64,000 nucleotides of DNA from the human T2T-CHM13v2.0 reference genome, Homo sapiens (GCF_009914755.1 NC_060926.1), one strand, 5' to 3'; numbered from the stretch's first letter, positions 41,046-55,079 are shown. Numbers and translations are program-made. The notes: a model not told the origin generated them from the sequence alone.

Positions 41046-43990
41046 TCTGCCTTGATTTAATTTTTTATTTGAAAGTCATTTAAGGGCAAGTTTTTTGTTT
41101 CCAAATAACTGTGTGGTTTGAGGGATCTTCTTACTATTGATTTCTATTTTTTATTCCACTCTGATCCAAGAGTATGCTTGATATAATTTCAATATTTTTG
41201 AGTTTGTTAAGGCTTGTTTTGTGGCCAAAATGTGGTTTATCTTAGAGTATGGGTCATACGCAGAGAAGAAGAATGTATATTCTGTGGTTGTTAGGTGGAG
41301 TATTCTGTAGATGTCAATGAGGTCCAATTGGTCAAGCGTCAAATTTAAGTGCATAATTTGTTTGTTTTCTGCCCTGAGGATCTGTCTAATTCTTGCAGTG
41401 GAGTGTTGAAGTCCTGCACTAATATTGTGTGACTGTCTAAGTCTTTTTGTAGGTCTAGAGGCACTTTTTTATGATCTGGGTGCTCCAGTGTTGGTTATGT
41501 ATTTAGGAAAAGGTCTTCTTGCAGAATCAAACTCTTTATATAATGTCCTTCTTTCTCCTTTTTAAATGTTGTTGGTTTAAAGTCTGTTTTATCTGACATT
41601 AGAAAGTAACCCCTGCTCTTTTTTTATTTTCCATTTGCATGATGGTTCTTTCTGTGTCCCTTTACTTAGAGCCCATGGGTGTTACTACCTGTGAGATGGG
41701 TCTTTTGAAGACAGAGATGGTCGGGTCCTTTTTTTTTATTGAGCTTGTCACTCTGTGCCTTTTAAATGGGATATTTAGACCATTTACTTTCAAGGTTAAT
41801 ATTGATATGTGAAGTTTTGATACTATCGTGATGTTACCTGGTTGCTTTGTCATCTTGATTGTGTAGTTGCTTTATAGGGTCTGTGTGCTATGTCCTTAAG
41901 TGTGGTATTGGTCATTGTTCTTTTGTTTCCATGTTTAGAGCTCTCTTAAGGATCTCTTGTAAGGATGGTCTAGTGGAAACAACTCATCTTATGGATTGTT
42001 TGTCTGCAAAAGATTTTAATTCTACTTTGCTTATGAAGATTAATTGGTGGGATATGAAATTCTCAGTTGGAATATCTTTTCTTTAAGAATGCTGAAAATA
42101 GGGCACCAATTTATTCTGGCTTGTAAGGTATCTGCTGAGATGTCTGTTAGCCTGATGGGGTCCCCTTTGTAAGTGATCTGAACCTTTTCTGTAGCTGCCT
42201 TTAAGATTTTTTCTTTCATGTTGACCTTGGAAGGTCTGATAACTGTATGTCTTGGGGATGGTCATCTTTTATAGTATCTCATGGTTGCTGGAGAGGGGCC
42301 TGTGAATTTCTTAAACTTTCATGTCAACTTCTCTAACGAGAATGGGGAAATTTTTGTGCTCTATTCCTCAAATATGTTTTCCAAGTTGCTAGCTCTCTCT
42401 CCTCTCTCAGAAATGCCAAAGAATTGTAAATTAGTCTATATAATGCCATATTTTTGGAGTCTTTGCTCATTTTAAAAATTATTTTTTATTTATTTTTGTC
42501 TGACTGGATTGATTGGAAGAACTGGTCTTTGAGCACTGAAATTCTTTTCTCAGTGTGGTCTAGTCTTTGTTAAGGCTTCCAACTGTATTTTAAAATTCCT
42601 TTAGTTAATTTTTCAATTCCAGAAGATCAACTTCTTACATTTGCAATGTCATCTTTCAACTCTTGGATCATTTTACTGGCTTCTTTGGATTAGATTTCAA
42701 CTTTCTCCTGAGTCTTGTTAGAGTTCCTTGCCATCCAGATTCTGGGTTCCGTGTCTGCCATTTCAGACATTTCGATCTAGTTAGGATCTATTGCTGGAGA
42801 GCTAGCGCAATCCTTTAGAGAAAATAAACATTCGGTCTTTTTGAATTGCCAGTCTTGTGCTGATTCCTTCTCATCTAAGGTGGCTGGTGTTTCTTTTCCT
42901 TTTATAAATTGCTGACATCTGGATTTTGTTGTTGTTGTTGTTGTTTTGTGGGGAGCGGGTGTTATATTTTTTTCCCTTGAGTGTTTGACTGTGGTGTATG
43001 TTGTGTATAGATTACTGGCTTCATTTCTGGGTGCTTTCAGAGGGCCAAAGCCCTGTATGGGCTCCATAGTTGTGGTTAGCTTCCTGCATTGGGTTTCACC
43101 AGCTAAAAAAATTTATTTTTGTTTGGTGGTGTCATTCTGACTGAAATCCAGTAGATCACATTTAAGAGTATGGACAGGCACATAGACTCGCTCTTAGTAG
43201 TGCTTCTCTTGCATTTCAGTGGATATGCAGTAGTGCTCCGGGGAGGGTGAGATGGTGGGGCATGAAGAGATGATCCTCTTACCAAGTCCATTCCTGGAAG
43301 AGCCCCCTCCAATCATTTATACCATTCCCACGTTTCCTTACCCCCAAGAGAAGCTCTGGTGGGCTGAACTCCTCCCTCCTTTAGAGGTGGCCTGAGCTGA
43401 CGGTTAGGTCACCAAGAGACCTGCAACTTCATGGGGATTTCTTAGCTTGGTAGAGTCAGAGAGGGTTATGGGTATGTCTGCGCATACCCATCTGGTAATG
43501 CACTGGGCCAAAGATAGAGGAATCCTGGACAGTGTGGTGGTGCTGTGGGTGCGTAGCTGATATGGCACCCACAGTCCAAAGTTTTTAGCCCAGCAGATGG
43601 CTGTGTGGTCTACCCAGCTTGCCCAGGGTCTGGGTCCCTGGACCAGGTCTCCCTCTGGTACTGCCCCAGGAGCAAAGCCTCCCAGCAAGATTTGTCTCAA
43701 GCCTTCTGCAACCAGATTGTTGAGCTGTTCCAGGTGTCCAGGGCCTCAGGGCTCTGTTGGGCAGATGCTGTGGCTAACAGGCTGTACCTTTCCCAGACTG
43801 CTCTTGTAGAGGGAGGGATGCTCAGCTGCTGCAATGGCACAGGAACCAGCACCTTTCTCTTCTCTGTGTTCTGAGAGTGGGGGCTCCTCCCTTGCTCAAG
43901 CTCTGGCCATAGATCTCAACTTGATTCCCCTGGGCAGTGTGCTCAAAACCTGGGGGATTGGTACTGGTCCTGTGGTTTTGTCCTTTGCCT

Positions 43991-44040
43991 GCTGTGCTGT
44001 ACTGTGCTGTGCTGTACTGTGCTGTGCTGTGCTCTGCTGG
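43991..44040. repeat. (GCTGT)n pentanucleotide repeat, about 10 units, in the L1 5' UTR
   Basis: gctgtgctgtactgtgctgtgctgtactgtgctgtgctgtgctctgctgg. Confidence 0.93.
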
Positions 44041-45202
44041 GGGTGCCAAATTGCTCCCAGAGCTCTGGCAGAACAGGTGGGGCAGTGGAAACTGTGCTGT
44101 GTGTACCTATTGCAGGAATAGCCAGGCAGCTGACCTTGGGAAAAGCTGATGGACAAGGGGTACCTAGATCAAATTCACCCCAGTCCCATGGAAAAGGCAG
44201 CCTTGCTTTTTCCTGGCTGGTAGTTAGCCGAAGCTACAGCCACTCAGAGTAAGATTGAGAGCCTTAGGGGATGGCACCTAAGGTTGCATTTTGCTGCAGC
44301 TACCTCACACTCTGCCTAACCTTCTGGGCTCTGCAGAGGCTCAAGTTCTGCTCTGACTGCTCTCCAGGCAGTTCCCCTTTCCAATTCAAATGCCTGTGGT
44401 GGTCACAGGCTTTTCTGTAGCTAGGATCTCAGAGGTCTACAGCAGGAGTGTGGTGCCCTGGAGTTCTTTCACTCACCCCTTCCTTAAGGACCTGTTCAGG
44501 ACCACGAGCCAGTCCTAGGACTTGGCAACTCTGTCTGTGCTTCCCAGCTTCTTCCCTCTTCAACCTTGTTTTCTGTGCTTCCTCTTTACTGACCTTTGTT
44601 TTCTCTCAGAAGATCTACTTGAAATTCACCGTCTTACTTGATATTTTGGTTTCCCTCAGTGGGAGAGGCGCTTCCTGGCTGTGTCTAGTTGGCCATCTTG
44701 TCCCCTCTATTTTCCTTAGCCATAAAAATTCCAACATTCTGGCATTTGAAGCTTAATTGAACTGTTCAAGGTTGAGAATAAGTGAAGAATGTGTAACAGC
44801 CTTCTTACAATACTCCAGTTGAAAAGTTAAAATGTTAGAGGTGGTAGGATTCCTATGATTAACCCCATTCAAATATTTGTTTATAATGTTCATGGAGGAG
44901 GGGCTGTGAAAAATAAAGTGAATTATGCAGGATCATGAAGTTATGGAGCTAGAAACCCATGCCCCACTAACTTTGAGTAAGTGTGCAGTCCCGCCTCCAG
45001 GCTGCAAACACAGTTTACCACATTACAATGTGTCATTTTGCACGTAAATTAAGAAGGTGTTCTTTCAACTGATAGGAAACTCAAAATCAAGCTGATCTGT
45101 AATAACAGAAATTTAAGAATCTAACCATTACAATTCTAACCCATTTGTTGATGTGTAAGGAAGAAGGTTTTGAATGAGCAGATATGTTTCTTTTCTTTTC
45201 AG

Positions 45203-45378
45203 CGAACAGGGAGAATCCCTTTATTCATCAAAATGCCTCTTGACCTTGGATTCATTTATTATAACTTCTGCTAACAGTCCTACATTTAGACCTTTAGGCC
45301 TTTAGGTCACACCAGGATATGGTGGTGACCAGAGAAATGAATGTGAAGGATCACGAAAAACCAAATGATCAGGAGAAG
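45203..45378 (+). other. Candidate 176-nt non-coding exon
   Basis: Acceptor tttcttttcttttcAG (45201-45202) and donor AAG|GTAAGA (45378/45379). Stop codons in all three frames. Confidence 0.3.
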
Positions 45379-46109
45379 GTAAGAACTGGAAACATCCAAG
45401 GATCAAGGACCAAGGTGACAGCCATCTCTTCTGAAAATATTGTCTTGCTGCCAAGCCCTAACTTTAGCTAATCTCTCCAGGCATAAGAATTTTGGTGGCT
45501 AAAATTTGGTATTAATGAGAATGATGGAAACGGACTACAAAAGTTTTTGTAATTTTGGTAGTTATAAATTCCTTTTCTAAGCCTCTCTGAGCATGCTTAA
45601 CATGGACTATTATCTAGGGTTGCATTAAATTAACCTGTCTGAGAACCACAACTGGAAAAAAGGGAGGGTAGTTTGATCATTAGAATTTCCTTAGCGAAAA
45701 AGTTTGTGGGCATTTACAATATGATTTAAATGACATATTAAATTGTATTACATTTTATCAGAAATAAATCTATTATAGGGAAACAAATATTTGTATTAGA
45801 GAAATTAGTCTTTTGCACTCTTAACTACATGTATATAAAATAGTGTACATGTTTTTGAGTGACTTTAATTCATTTAATTTTGAATGACTTTAATTCGAAT
45901 TTCTAACACCTCAGTTACTCATTTGCCTACTATTGAGTCTGATTAGTGTGCAATCCTAGTTCTTTTATTTCTGCACATACCCTCTTTTTATCTCTACCAA
46001 GCACAAATATTCAACAAAGACTTATGTGATGTGTCCCTAGCCATCTTAATGCCCTCATCCCCTCCCCCATTGACGTTCTGCACTAGCGCTGTTTCCTTGT
46101 TGGTCTCAA

Positions 46110-46215
46110 ATCATCAAGGTTCAGTTTTGTTCATTGTTGGGTCCCAGAGTCTAGCATGGTAACTGGCTTATATTAGTTTCTCATAAGTATGCATCGGATA
46201 AAGGAATAAATTAAA
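46110..46215 (+). mobile_element. L2 3'-end remnant
   Basis: ttttgttcattgttgggtcccagagtctagcatggtaactggc...ggaataaat. Confidence 0.55.
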
Positions 46216-46243
46216 AATAATTGAGCAAATACTTGTAAGACAT

Positions 46244-46637
46244 TGCATTAATTTGCTAGGGCTGCCATAACAAAGTGCCACAGAATAGAATAGGCATAAA
46301 CAACAGAAAGTTATCTTCTCACAGTTGGGGAGACCAGAAATCTGAATTCAAGGGGTTGGCAGATTGAGTTTCTTCTGCGGCCTTTCTCCATGCCTTGTAA
46401 ATGGTGGCCTTCTCCCTGTGTCTTCACAGGTTCTTCCCTCTGTGTGTGTCTGTGTCCTAATTTTTTCTTCTTGTAAAGACACCAGTCATATTGAATTAAG
46501 ACCCATCCTAATAACATAACTTTAATGTAATTAAGTCTTTTAAAGCCCTATCTCCAGGAACAGTCACACCGTAAGGTATTAGGGCATTAGGATTTCAACA
46601 TATAAAGTTTGGGTAGAACATACTTCAGCCCCAAATA
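46244..46637 (-). mobile_element. MLT1B MaLR solo LTR
   Basis: tgcattaatttgctagggctgccataacaaagtgccacaga...ctgtgtcttcaca...gacaccagtcatattg...ttaggatttcaacata. Confidence 0.9.
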
Positions 46638-46805
46638 GAAACCTTGTGTGTTAGAATGTGCTAGCTAAATATGCCACCCCATAGCTCTTCTCAAAATACT
46701 TCTTTTCCTTTATTAACTTAACCACCCTGAATCACTTGATCACAACTCTGCAAAGAATCAGCAGTGGACAAAGAGACTCAGTAACACTATCAATACCATA
46801 TTTTC

Positions 46806-47115
46806 GGTCGGGTGCAGTGGCTCACACCTGTAATCCCAGCATTTTGTGAGGCTGAGGTGGTCATATCACTTGAGTTCAGGAGTTCGAGATAAGCCTGGCC
46901 AACATGGTGAAACCCCATCTCTACAAAAAATACAAAAATTAGCCGGGTGTGGTGGCATGCACCTGTAATCCCAGCTACTCAGGAGGTTGAGGCAGGATAA
47001 TCACTTGAACCCGGGAGGCGCAGGTTGCAGTGAACTGAGATTGTGCCACTGCACCCCAGCATGGGCAACAGAGTGAGACTCTGTCTCAAACAAACAAACA
47101 TCAAACAAACAAACA
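46806..47115 (+). mobile_element. AluS, full length
   Basis: Full dimer with a (CAAA)n tail. TSD AATACCATATTTTC (46792-46805) / AAAACCATATTCTC (47116-47129). Confidence 0.95.
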
Positions 47116-48056
47116 AAAACCATATTCTCATAAACAGAGGTGTAAATAGATGGTTCAACAAAGCTGACTGGTGTACGTGTCACTACAATGCATCTGATGT
47201 CAGGAAGAATCCAATGAAGCTCTGGAATAAAGGAATATAATATTCCAATTTTCTGTCTTTATAAAAATTTTTCAGTGTTATTTAATGTCTATAAGAAACT
47301 TAAAAGGGCCAGAAGTTATCTATAAACATTATTTAAGGTTTTCTTGTTACAAGCATCCTTTAATGTATAAAAATAGTGTGTTTCAACGATTCATTTGTAA
47401 ATTAGGTGGTATTTAGGACTCAGATTACATTTCACCATGGAAACGGTTTGCTCACTAGAGCAGTCACCCTGCCCCACCCCCTGAAACCATCAATGAAGCA
47501 AAAGGAAGTATAATAGCAGTAAAATATTACCACCATATATCCTAATTTTCAAAAGGCAAAATGTAGTCACAGTATCATTTGGAAAAACTATTTCTCTTTT
47601 ATGCTTTTGAAATAATGTCCAGGATTTCCTCTTTTATTCTCCAAGGGGGCAGTAAAAACAGGGATACCCCTGCCCCGAGTTCAAGACCCTACCAAAGGAT
47701 CTTACAGCTGAGGCAGATGCTCTGAGAGGAAGAAGGCATGGAGCTGTCAAGACCTAGGAATACTTCCTTCTAGAAGGACTCAAGGCTATGTCTTTGTCCC
47801 AGGCTATTTAAAATTCTAATCAAAGATGTTCCTGGAACCAGTAACATGCCAGGGAGGGAGAAGGTGTTTGGCTGAGACCAGTTCACCAGATTGTTTTGCA
47901 TCTGTCATATATATGTTACATCATTTTTATTATCATTTTTAAAGTTCATTACAGACAATACACCCCCTAAATACCTGCACGAGTAAACTTTCCTCATCTC
48001 TTACTTCATACAAAGACAGACTGCCACTGCCTCAAAATCCATATAATGGAAGCTAA

Positions 48057-48434
<378 letters not shown>

Positions 48435-50469
48435 ACCTGGTTTCTTTTCTTTTATCCTAAAAAGAAACATTCCTATGCCCTTCCCTTTAACTTCATTCTT
48501 CTCATTCTTTAGATAAAAATATAAAATATATAAGTATACACAATAGGATTTGAGAAATATGAGCCACTAAATTAACTTTCAATTTGACTTATTATAAACA
48601 AACCAGACTGTCAGTTGCTTTGTCTCTTCACAAAGGAAGACAATATAATACACTTGAATTCAAGAAATAAAAACATCTATTTTTGAGAGAATTACTTCTA
48701 AAGGGCTTCTGGAAGAGGAGCAAAAAAGTGAGTAAAGTAGGAATAATGTCAGTTATTCCTGAGAAAAAGTTCAAGAGAAGAAGTGTAAAGAGGGAAAGAA
48801 AATTTCAATGGAAATAATAGAAAAGGAAAAACATTTTATGTTTTTAATCATCCCCGGAATAATTACTTGTACATATGTTGGAAATATTATAGATATATCA
48901 ATTAAATACTACCACATGTTTTCTAAAACATATTTTCTGAATAAATGTTGATATGAATATTCAGAATGTTATTACTTATCACTACTTTTTTAAGTATCTG
49001 TTGTCTTTGACTACTTTAAGGATACCTATTTTTTATAGGTAAGCTCAAATTTTTATTGAAACTAAATGTTTAAAATATGATCTAATTTATATCCTTGGCT
49101 ATGGAATTCAAAGATAATCTTTAAAAAGTAGTCTGAGAACCAGTATTGACTTCCAATGACTCAATTTTTTTATAAATCAAGATGCAGCACAAATTCTACA
49201 TTATCCTCAATAGGACTAGTTTCCTGGAACTCAATTATGACTAATATGAAGAACTCTACCAAAGTTCTTTCCACGACAAATTTTGTTAATTTAATCTTTT
49301 GGAACTTCTCTGTTCTCTTCTATTTATTTCTAATTTAATAATATAAATTGATTAAAACTCAGATTTAAAGTGAGGAAAGACTTTACTTGGGACATATCAG
49401 TAGACTCTCAATATCATAAGGCAAAAGGTGAAGGGAACTAATATTTTTGAGGTCTGCTATGTGCAAACATGGAGATTAATTTAAAAAGTAATTATGCAAC
49501 ACTGTGTAGGTTTTGAAGGAGATTCAGTGAGAAAAACAACACATGAAAATTCCACTTATGAAATTTCACAAGTTTCCGTTGTAAGGGAGACATCTGTTTT
49601 ATATGGGTAACCAGAGAATCTATAAGTCTGCCAGGCTTCTAGAATTGCCTTTATCTTTAATATCCTTATCAATTTACCCATGAATTGTCTATGCAATGAT
49701 AAGATAAGCAACATTCCCAATATTTCTAAGCATCATAGTGTAGAAGGATGGGTGCATAGCTGAGCACATCCCGATCTCACCTTTTCCTAGTCACTCTTTC
49801 TTGAAATTCCTCATCCTGCTGAATTGTAATTTAGTTTACAATTTTGTCTGACTTAGTTTACAGTTTTGCATCTCATTATCTTCTCTTCTTACTCATTTGC
49901 CATTAACTTTCAGTTATTAAAGCATGACTTATAAAAAACAAACATAACTCAAAGATTTCAAAATGCCTTTGAGTAGACATTAGACTTTACTGGAAGAGTA
50001 ATTATAACTAGGAAGGATTGTAGTAACACAAGGCAAAAAGCAGCTTCCCATTCAACCTTACATCATTGTATTAACATCCCCTGATCATCTCAGCTATAGG
50101 GGATTTCTTACTGGAAGCTGTTCACTCGGTCTATACTATTGCTAGAACTTAATCTTCAACATCATTTTCTCTCCCCATTTTTCCAGACCCTTCTCTCATC
50201 GTTTCCCTTTTGTTACTTCTGAAATCCTTCACTCCAGTTGCTCTTTCAAATTTAAATACTATATCCCACTAAATATTATTTGTGTACATGATCAAGATTT
50301 TTCTCATAAATACCACTATGATATATTTCCTCTCGAAAAAAGTATGTATCCAATAGTGTCCTTATATTTTCTTAGAACGTGCAAGCAGCAGCATTATATT
50401 TTTTAATAGCCGATTTTATTTTCCTGTTACAAAATGTCTTAATTCTTTAAATCCTGATAGCCAAACTAT

Positions 50470-50625
50470 CAAAGTAGTGTCATTATTTCATTTTCAAAGT
50501 GGGAATATTATACATCACAGAATATATACAAATTATCCAAGGTCATAAATTTATTAAGTTACAAGATATGAAATTTACACTATGTTTGTTTGATTACAGA
50601 GCCTCTGACCCTGACTGCATAGTAT
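50470..50625 (-). mobile_element. MIR remnant
   Basis: cattatttcattttcaaagtgggaa...ttatccaaggtcata...tttgattacagagcc. Confidence 0.6.
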
Positions 50626-52504
50626 TCATCAATATTTGTTGTGTAAAATTCAGAAACATATCTGCATAGCTATTGTTATAACACTTTTAATATTAATATA
50701 TTAAGTATTTCCAGGGAGAATAATAAGCTTTAGTGAGTAATGTGTGTAAATTGGTGTTATTTTTGAATGTTAACACTTATTTTAAAAAATGAAACCTGCT
50801 TTGATTTTATGTTAAACATTAGTAGCAAATACTCCCTAAAACTTTGATCTGATCTGACAATATAATCCTAATGATACCCAAGGAAACCCAGGATGTTTAA
50901 GGGTGTGAAAATTTGCATCTTAAGTGAAAGCTCAAAAAGTTCAAAACTCACCAACAAAAAAGAAAAACAAATAAATAAAAAGATCCTTCTTGCCCAAACA
51001 CTAACTCAGCTTCCTCTTATTATTGGCTTGGACATCCTGCAGATTAAACTGCTGTTTGTGAAATTCACTGAGCCGGGGGTGAACTGAAATCTCCTCTAGT
51101 TCACACAATTCTGCTTTCAAGTTATCTTGTCAGGGAAGCTGACAGTCTCAATGATGTTACTTTATAGACTCCTTGGCAAAAATAGGATGTTGAAAATCTA
51201 CCCATCAAAAACTAAACCCACAAAAATTTGCTGTCCTTGGGTCAAAGAACATAAAATGCACTTGATCTCATATTGTCTGAGGTGAGTCTGTGCATATAAA
51301 CTCTTTAGAGGTAGTGAGTTAGGAACAGTAGGAAATGGAAAAAGAGTCAGGGATTCCAACTCAAAGCAGAGTTGCTTGTGCAAAAAAATCAGATAAGCTA
51401 ATATATAAACAAAAAATAAAATCCCTCTGAAGCCTATTAGTTACATCTTAAATTATCATTCTCTTACTTACCAACCTGCTGCACACTGATATAATGTTTG
51501 ACTTAGTGTCATTAATAAGAAAATGAAAAAAAAGAACATAAGATACCCTCAAAGTTAGATACAAATTGCTGCCAAATTTTCTAACATTAGACTGAGTTTC
51601 AGAAAGCAATATTGCAAATTTATGTGTGTGTGTAGAGAAAACATGGCATTCCTCCCAGTAGAAAAGGACTGTCATTACTAACCACTACATACTGGTTGTT
51701 TCTGACCTTTCCTTTTTTTATCTAATGCTCATGTTGTCCAACTTGCATTTAGTAGAATCTTATCTTTACATATTTTAAATTATTAATCACAATTCAGACC
51801 TAGCACTGGGTTATTCATGCTCACTGTTGAAAGCCGATTAAGCATTGTGATTGGAGATACAATTAGTAGTGTAACATCAGTACCACTGTCTTCCATTCTA
51901 TTTTCTCACAAGTAAATTAAAATGATGTTTAATTATGATATTTTAAGTACTCATTTTCTGGTTTAATAAGGTTTCCTCATAGATAACTGCAGTGATTATG
52001 TGTGCATGATAAATGTTTAATAGCAGAAAATGAACCTAGTTGTAAGTACATTCTGTTTTCTTAATCTCCTCAATAAGAAACAAATGCATATTTTTCTTGT
52101 CAGTTTCCTCGTTTATATTATTTATGTATGGAGACTTTTAAAAAGTGTGGGATTTCTTAGTAATATGCTCCCTTTGATACACAGAGAAAAAATTGGATGG
52201 GAATATGTCATTTAGATATTGTGATATACATGGCCACTCTTGGTGTACATATTGTGACTGTTATTTCCAAATGTAAACAGATCCCTATATGTGCCTTTCC
52301 AGGACTTCTAGTGTAACAGGTGGTGGTCGGGAGAGGTTTGTGGTTATGCAGCATGAAAGATGGTGAACTCTAGGCCAGGTTTTGTCTGGAAACGTGAGTG
52401 GGTCCTAGTGATTATCAATTTAGCAGCAAGCATATTCCAGGAAGAGCCTCTTGACAAAAGCAGTTGAAAGGTGTGCGAACAGCAATTAATCACCCGCTAC
52501 TTAC

Positions 52505-52618
52505 CTGCTCTGAACAGAATTTAATTAAACAGAGTTCATACCTCTATACTTGCTCTTATCTTGTCTTCAGACTTTCCAAAGTGCTTGAGTTGACAACTTG
52601 CTAAACAGGAAAATTACG
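52505..52618 (-). other. Candidate 114-nt non-coding exon
   Basis: Minus-strand acceptor cttgcttttttcctcctAG (52620-52619) and consensus donor CAG|GTAAGT (52505/52504). Stop codons in all frames. Unique sequence with retained CpGs nearby. Confidence 0.4.
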
Positions 52619-52738
52619 CTAGGAGGAAAAAAGCAAGTGGGCTTTTATTATTACAATGAGACAAAGAATCAGGAACAATAAGCAAAGTAAGTGCATTAAT
52701 ATTATAACATTGGGCAAGATCAGAGCCCTTTAAATTGA

Positions 52739-52914
52739 TCTACAAAAAGTATACAAATTAGCCAGGCATGGTGGTGTGCACCTGTGGTATCAGCTACTTG
52801 GGAGGCTGAGGTGGGAGGATCACTTGAGCCTAGGAGGTCAAGGCTGGAGTGAGACATGCTCATTCCACTGCACTCCAGCCTGGGTGACAGAGCAAGACCT
52901 TGTCTCAAAAACAA
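52739..52914 (+). mobile_element. 5'-truncated AluJ (linker plus right monomer)
   Basis: tctacaaaaagtatacaaattagccaggcatgg...ggatcacttgagcctaggagg...gaccttgtctcaaaa. Flanks AAATTGATC / AAATTGAATC look like a TSD. Confidence 0.92.
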
Positions 52915-53429
52915 AAATTGAATCTTAGGGAAATTATGCAACTCTTACAATGCTGAAAAACAGCATCTAAGGCCACCTTAAAAAGATGGAGAAAGACAAT
53001 TCTTTAACACAAGTTAGATTTTTATATACAATACACTATTTGAGTGCAAGACACCATAGTTCTTAACTAAATCAATCCAATAGTCACTCCTGCTAACTTT
53101 TTCTGACTAAACCCTATACTAACTATAATAGTCTTGGGTTAATAAAGTTTATCCCAGTAAAATTACTGGACATTCTTTTTAAAATGCGGTAATTTAAATA
53201 AATTTTAGCATTTTTTTAATTTAATAAGCTCCTCCTATTTTCCCGTGTATGACTATGTCTATAGTTTTCAGATTCAATTGTTATGAGTTAAGAAATAAGA
53301 TAATATACCTTTATATGTAAATGTATTTTATATTTAATAAATTATCCCTCCGCTGACCTCTTTTATTGGAAAAGTATAAACTACACTGTAGACATTTTAA
53401 AGATATTCAGTATGTTTTTGGAATCATTA

Positions 53430-53650
53430 TTTAATTCAATACATATTCATTGAGCAAAAACTCTTTCTTCAATGCTATATTAGCTGCTAGAGCAAAGTCA
53501 AAGAAAGCACACAGTTTTTCTCTTTTAAAAAAGTAACATTTAATGTTAGGAGAATCCCTAAAACGAGCACATAATACAAAAAGCACATGAATGAGAAAGG
53601 GAGTTCAGAAAAGGAGAAGAGTAATATAGTCTAATTTTCAAACAAGAAGA
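53430..53650 (-). mobile_element. L2 remnant
   Basis: ttcaatacatattcattgagca...tgctatattagctgctagag resembles the antisense L2 3' end. Confidence 0.5.
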
Positions 53651-54846
53651 GGAGACAAGTCTCTAAACCTCATTGATGGGATCAGTGTGGGCTACATAGT
53701 TTACCATACAGCCCACATATAGCCTGACTGGGAACAGAATTAGGTTAATCCTTTCAGCAAATGTGTTTTGGAAAGTGCTTAGAGATCTGCACATATGATT
53801 ATGAGAGAATTAACCTCCAGCATCTATTTCTATCTGGCTTTCCTTTCATCAACTTCCACTTTTTTCAGGCATATGACAGACAGCAGACATTTTGATCCTG
53901 GACTGCTTTTTATCATCAAGAGTTCTCTCCAGTTTTCCCTGCTCTGCCATGTGTCCCTGCTAACATTTCTGGAACAGCTGCACACAGCCATCTACATGAG
54001 ATCTGTGCCTTCTCGGTGGGATATGCCGAGTGGTTCACTTCTTCTCTTTACTGATCTGCATATGTGTTCCACAACACCACTTCCAAAGATTTTACATGTT
54101 ATTCAAATTTCTTTAGATATTTCATCTCCTGTGGTAAAATTCCCTATAATCATTCCAAATCATCAATAAACAGGTAATATAAATATGTCTTTCTTATGTC
54201 CACTGAGACGTAACTAAGACATTCAGCCAGTTGGTCTTGTGGGTGTCCCTGGCCATCTAGCTGTTGGATTCCTTACTCTCTCCCAGTGTACCTCCCTCTT
54301 TCAAATTCTCCCATGAGAATTGTAACTCACTTTTCTGCAATTCAGAGCACCCATCCACATGTTACATTTGGATTTTCAATCTGGAACGATTTCCCAGCAT
54401 ATATTTATATGTAAAATGGGAAGGAAGAATAAATGATTGAGGAGAGAATTACGTAGAGAAAGAAAAAGCTTTAGCACACTATTCAGTAATTTATGTTGAA
54501 AACCTGTCACCCAGAATAATCTTTCTACCATTCTGAATTGTAGGAGTGTCAGTGACATTTATTTTTTTCAGTGATCCAACAGAGAACTCTTGACCTAAAT
54601 ATAAATATGCACACCCATACACACAAGTACACTTTCCCAAGGAAAATCACTGATTCTCAAAAATATTGCAGTCTAAACTCTGAAGGAGGAGCAAATATTT
54701 TCTTTTTAATTTTCTAGGCATTTATTTCCCACAGAGAAGTCATGGTTTTTATTACTACGTAGAACACACACACCTTAATTATTTCTTTGATCTTCCACTT
54801 TCTCATTAGGTTATTTATAGTTGAGTGTGGAGGGGTCATATCTTAC

Positions 54847-54973
54847 CTGCTATTCACAAGTCTATCCAATGTCATACTCTGTTACTTTCCTCCAATACAG
54901 TCATGATTTGGGACATTTTGTTTTTCTGAAAATGTAACCCTATGTTCTTCTGAATGAAGCTCTTTTGATTGTT
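54847..54973 (-). other. Candidate 127-nt non-coding exon
   Basis: Minus-strand donor CAG|GTAAGA (54847/54846). Acceptor atgtctttccAG (54975-54974) with a short pyrimidine tract. Confidence 0.2.
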
Positions 54974-55079
54974 CTGGAAAGACATCCATGGTTTAGTTGC
55001 CTATCCAGGATTCATTTAAGGCTTATCTTCTCTCTTGCTAAAAGAACCACCCATTTCTTTAGGTGACCATGTAGAAATC

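Larger units (their letters stand above)
38655..44707 (-). mobile_element. Near-full-length L1PA15/16-like LINE-1, antisense, inactive
   Basis: 3' UTR begins ttcaacttttattttagattcagggggtacatgtgcagg. ORF2 runs to about 41850 with an internal deletion near 39475. ORF1 about 41950-42900. GC-richer 5' UTR about 43000-44707 ending ctagttggccatcttg. Reading frames are broken. Confidence 0.92.

Noticed and set aside
43822-44252. Overlapping ORFs with repeated STAQH/CAVL motifs
   Set aside because: They are produced by the (GCTGT)n repeat in a GC-richer L1 5' UTR.
38655-44707. Active full-length L1
   Set aside because: ORF1 and ORF2 are fragmented by stops, frameshifts, a deletion and a microsatellite.
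49831-49868. Short imperfect duplication ttagtttaca(a/g)ttttg
   Set aside because: It looks like an ordinary slippage duplication in AT-rich DNA with no sign of function.
53795-54169. 124-aa ORF in non-repeat DNA
   Set aside because: No recognisable domain or homology. The Leu/Ser/Phe-rich composition and length are compatible with chance. A BLASTP or PhyloCSF hit would reopen it.
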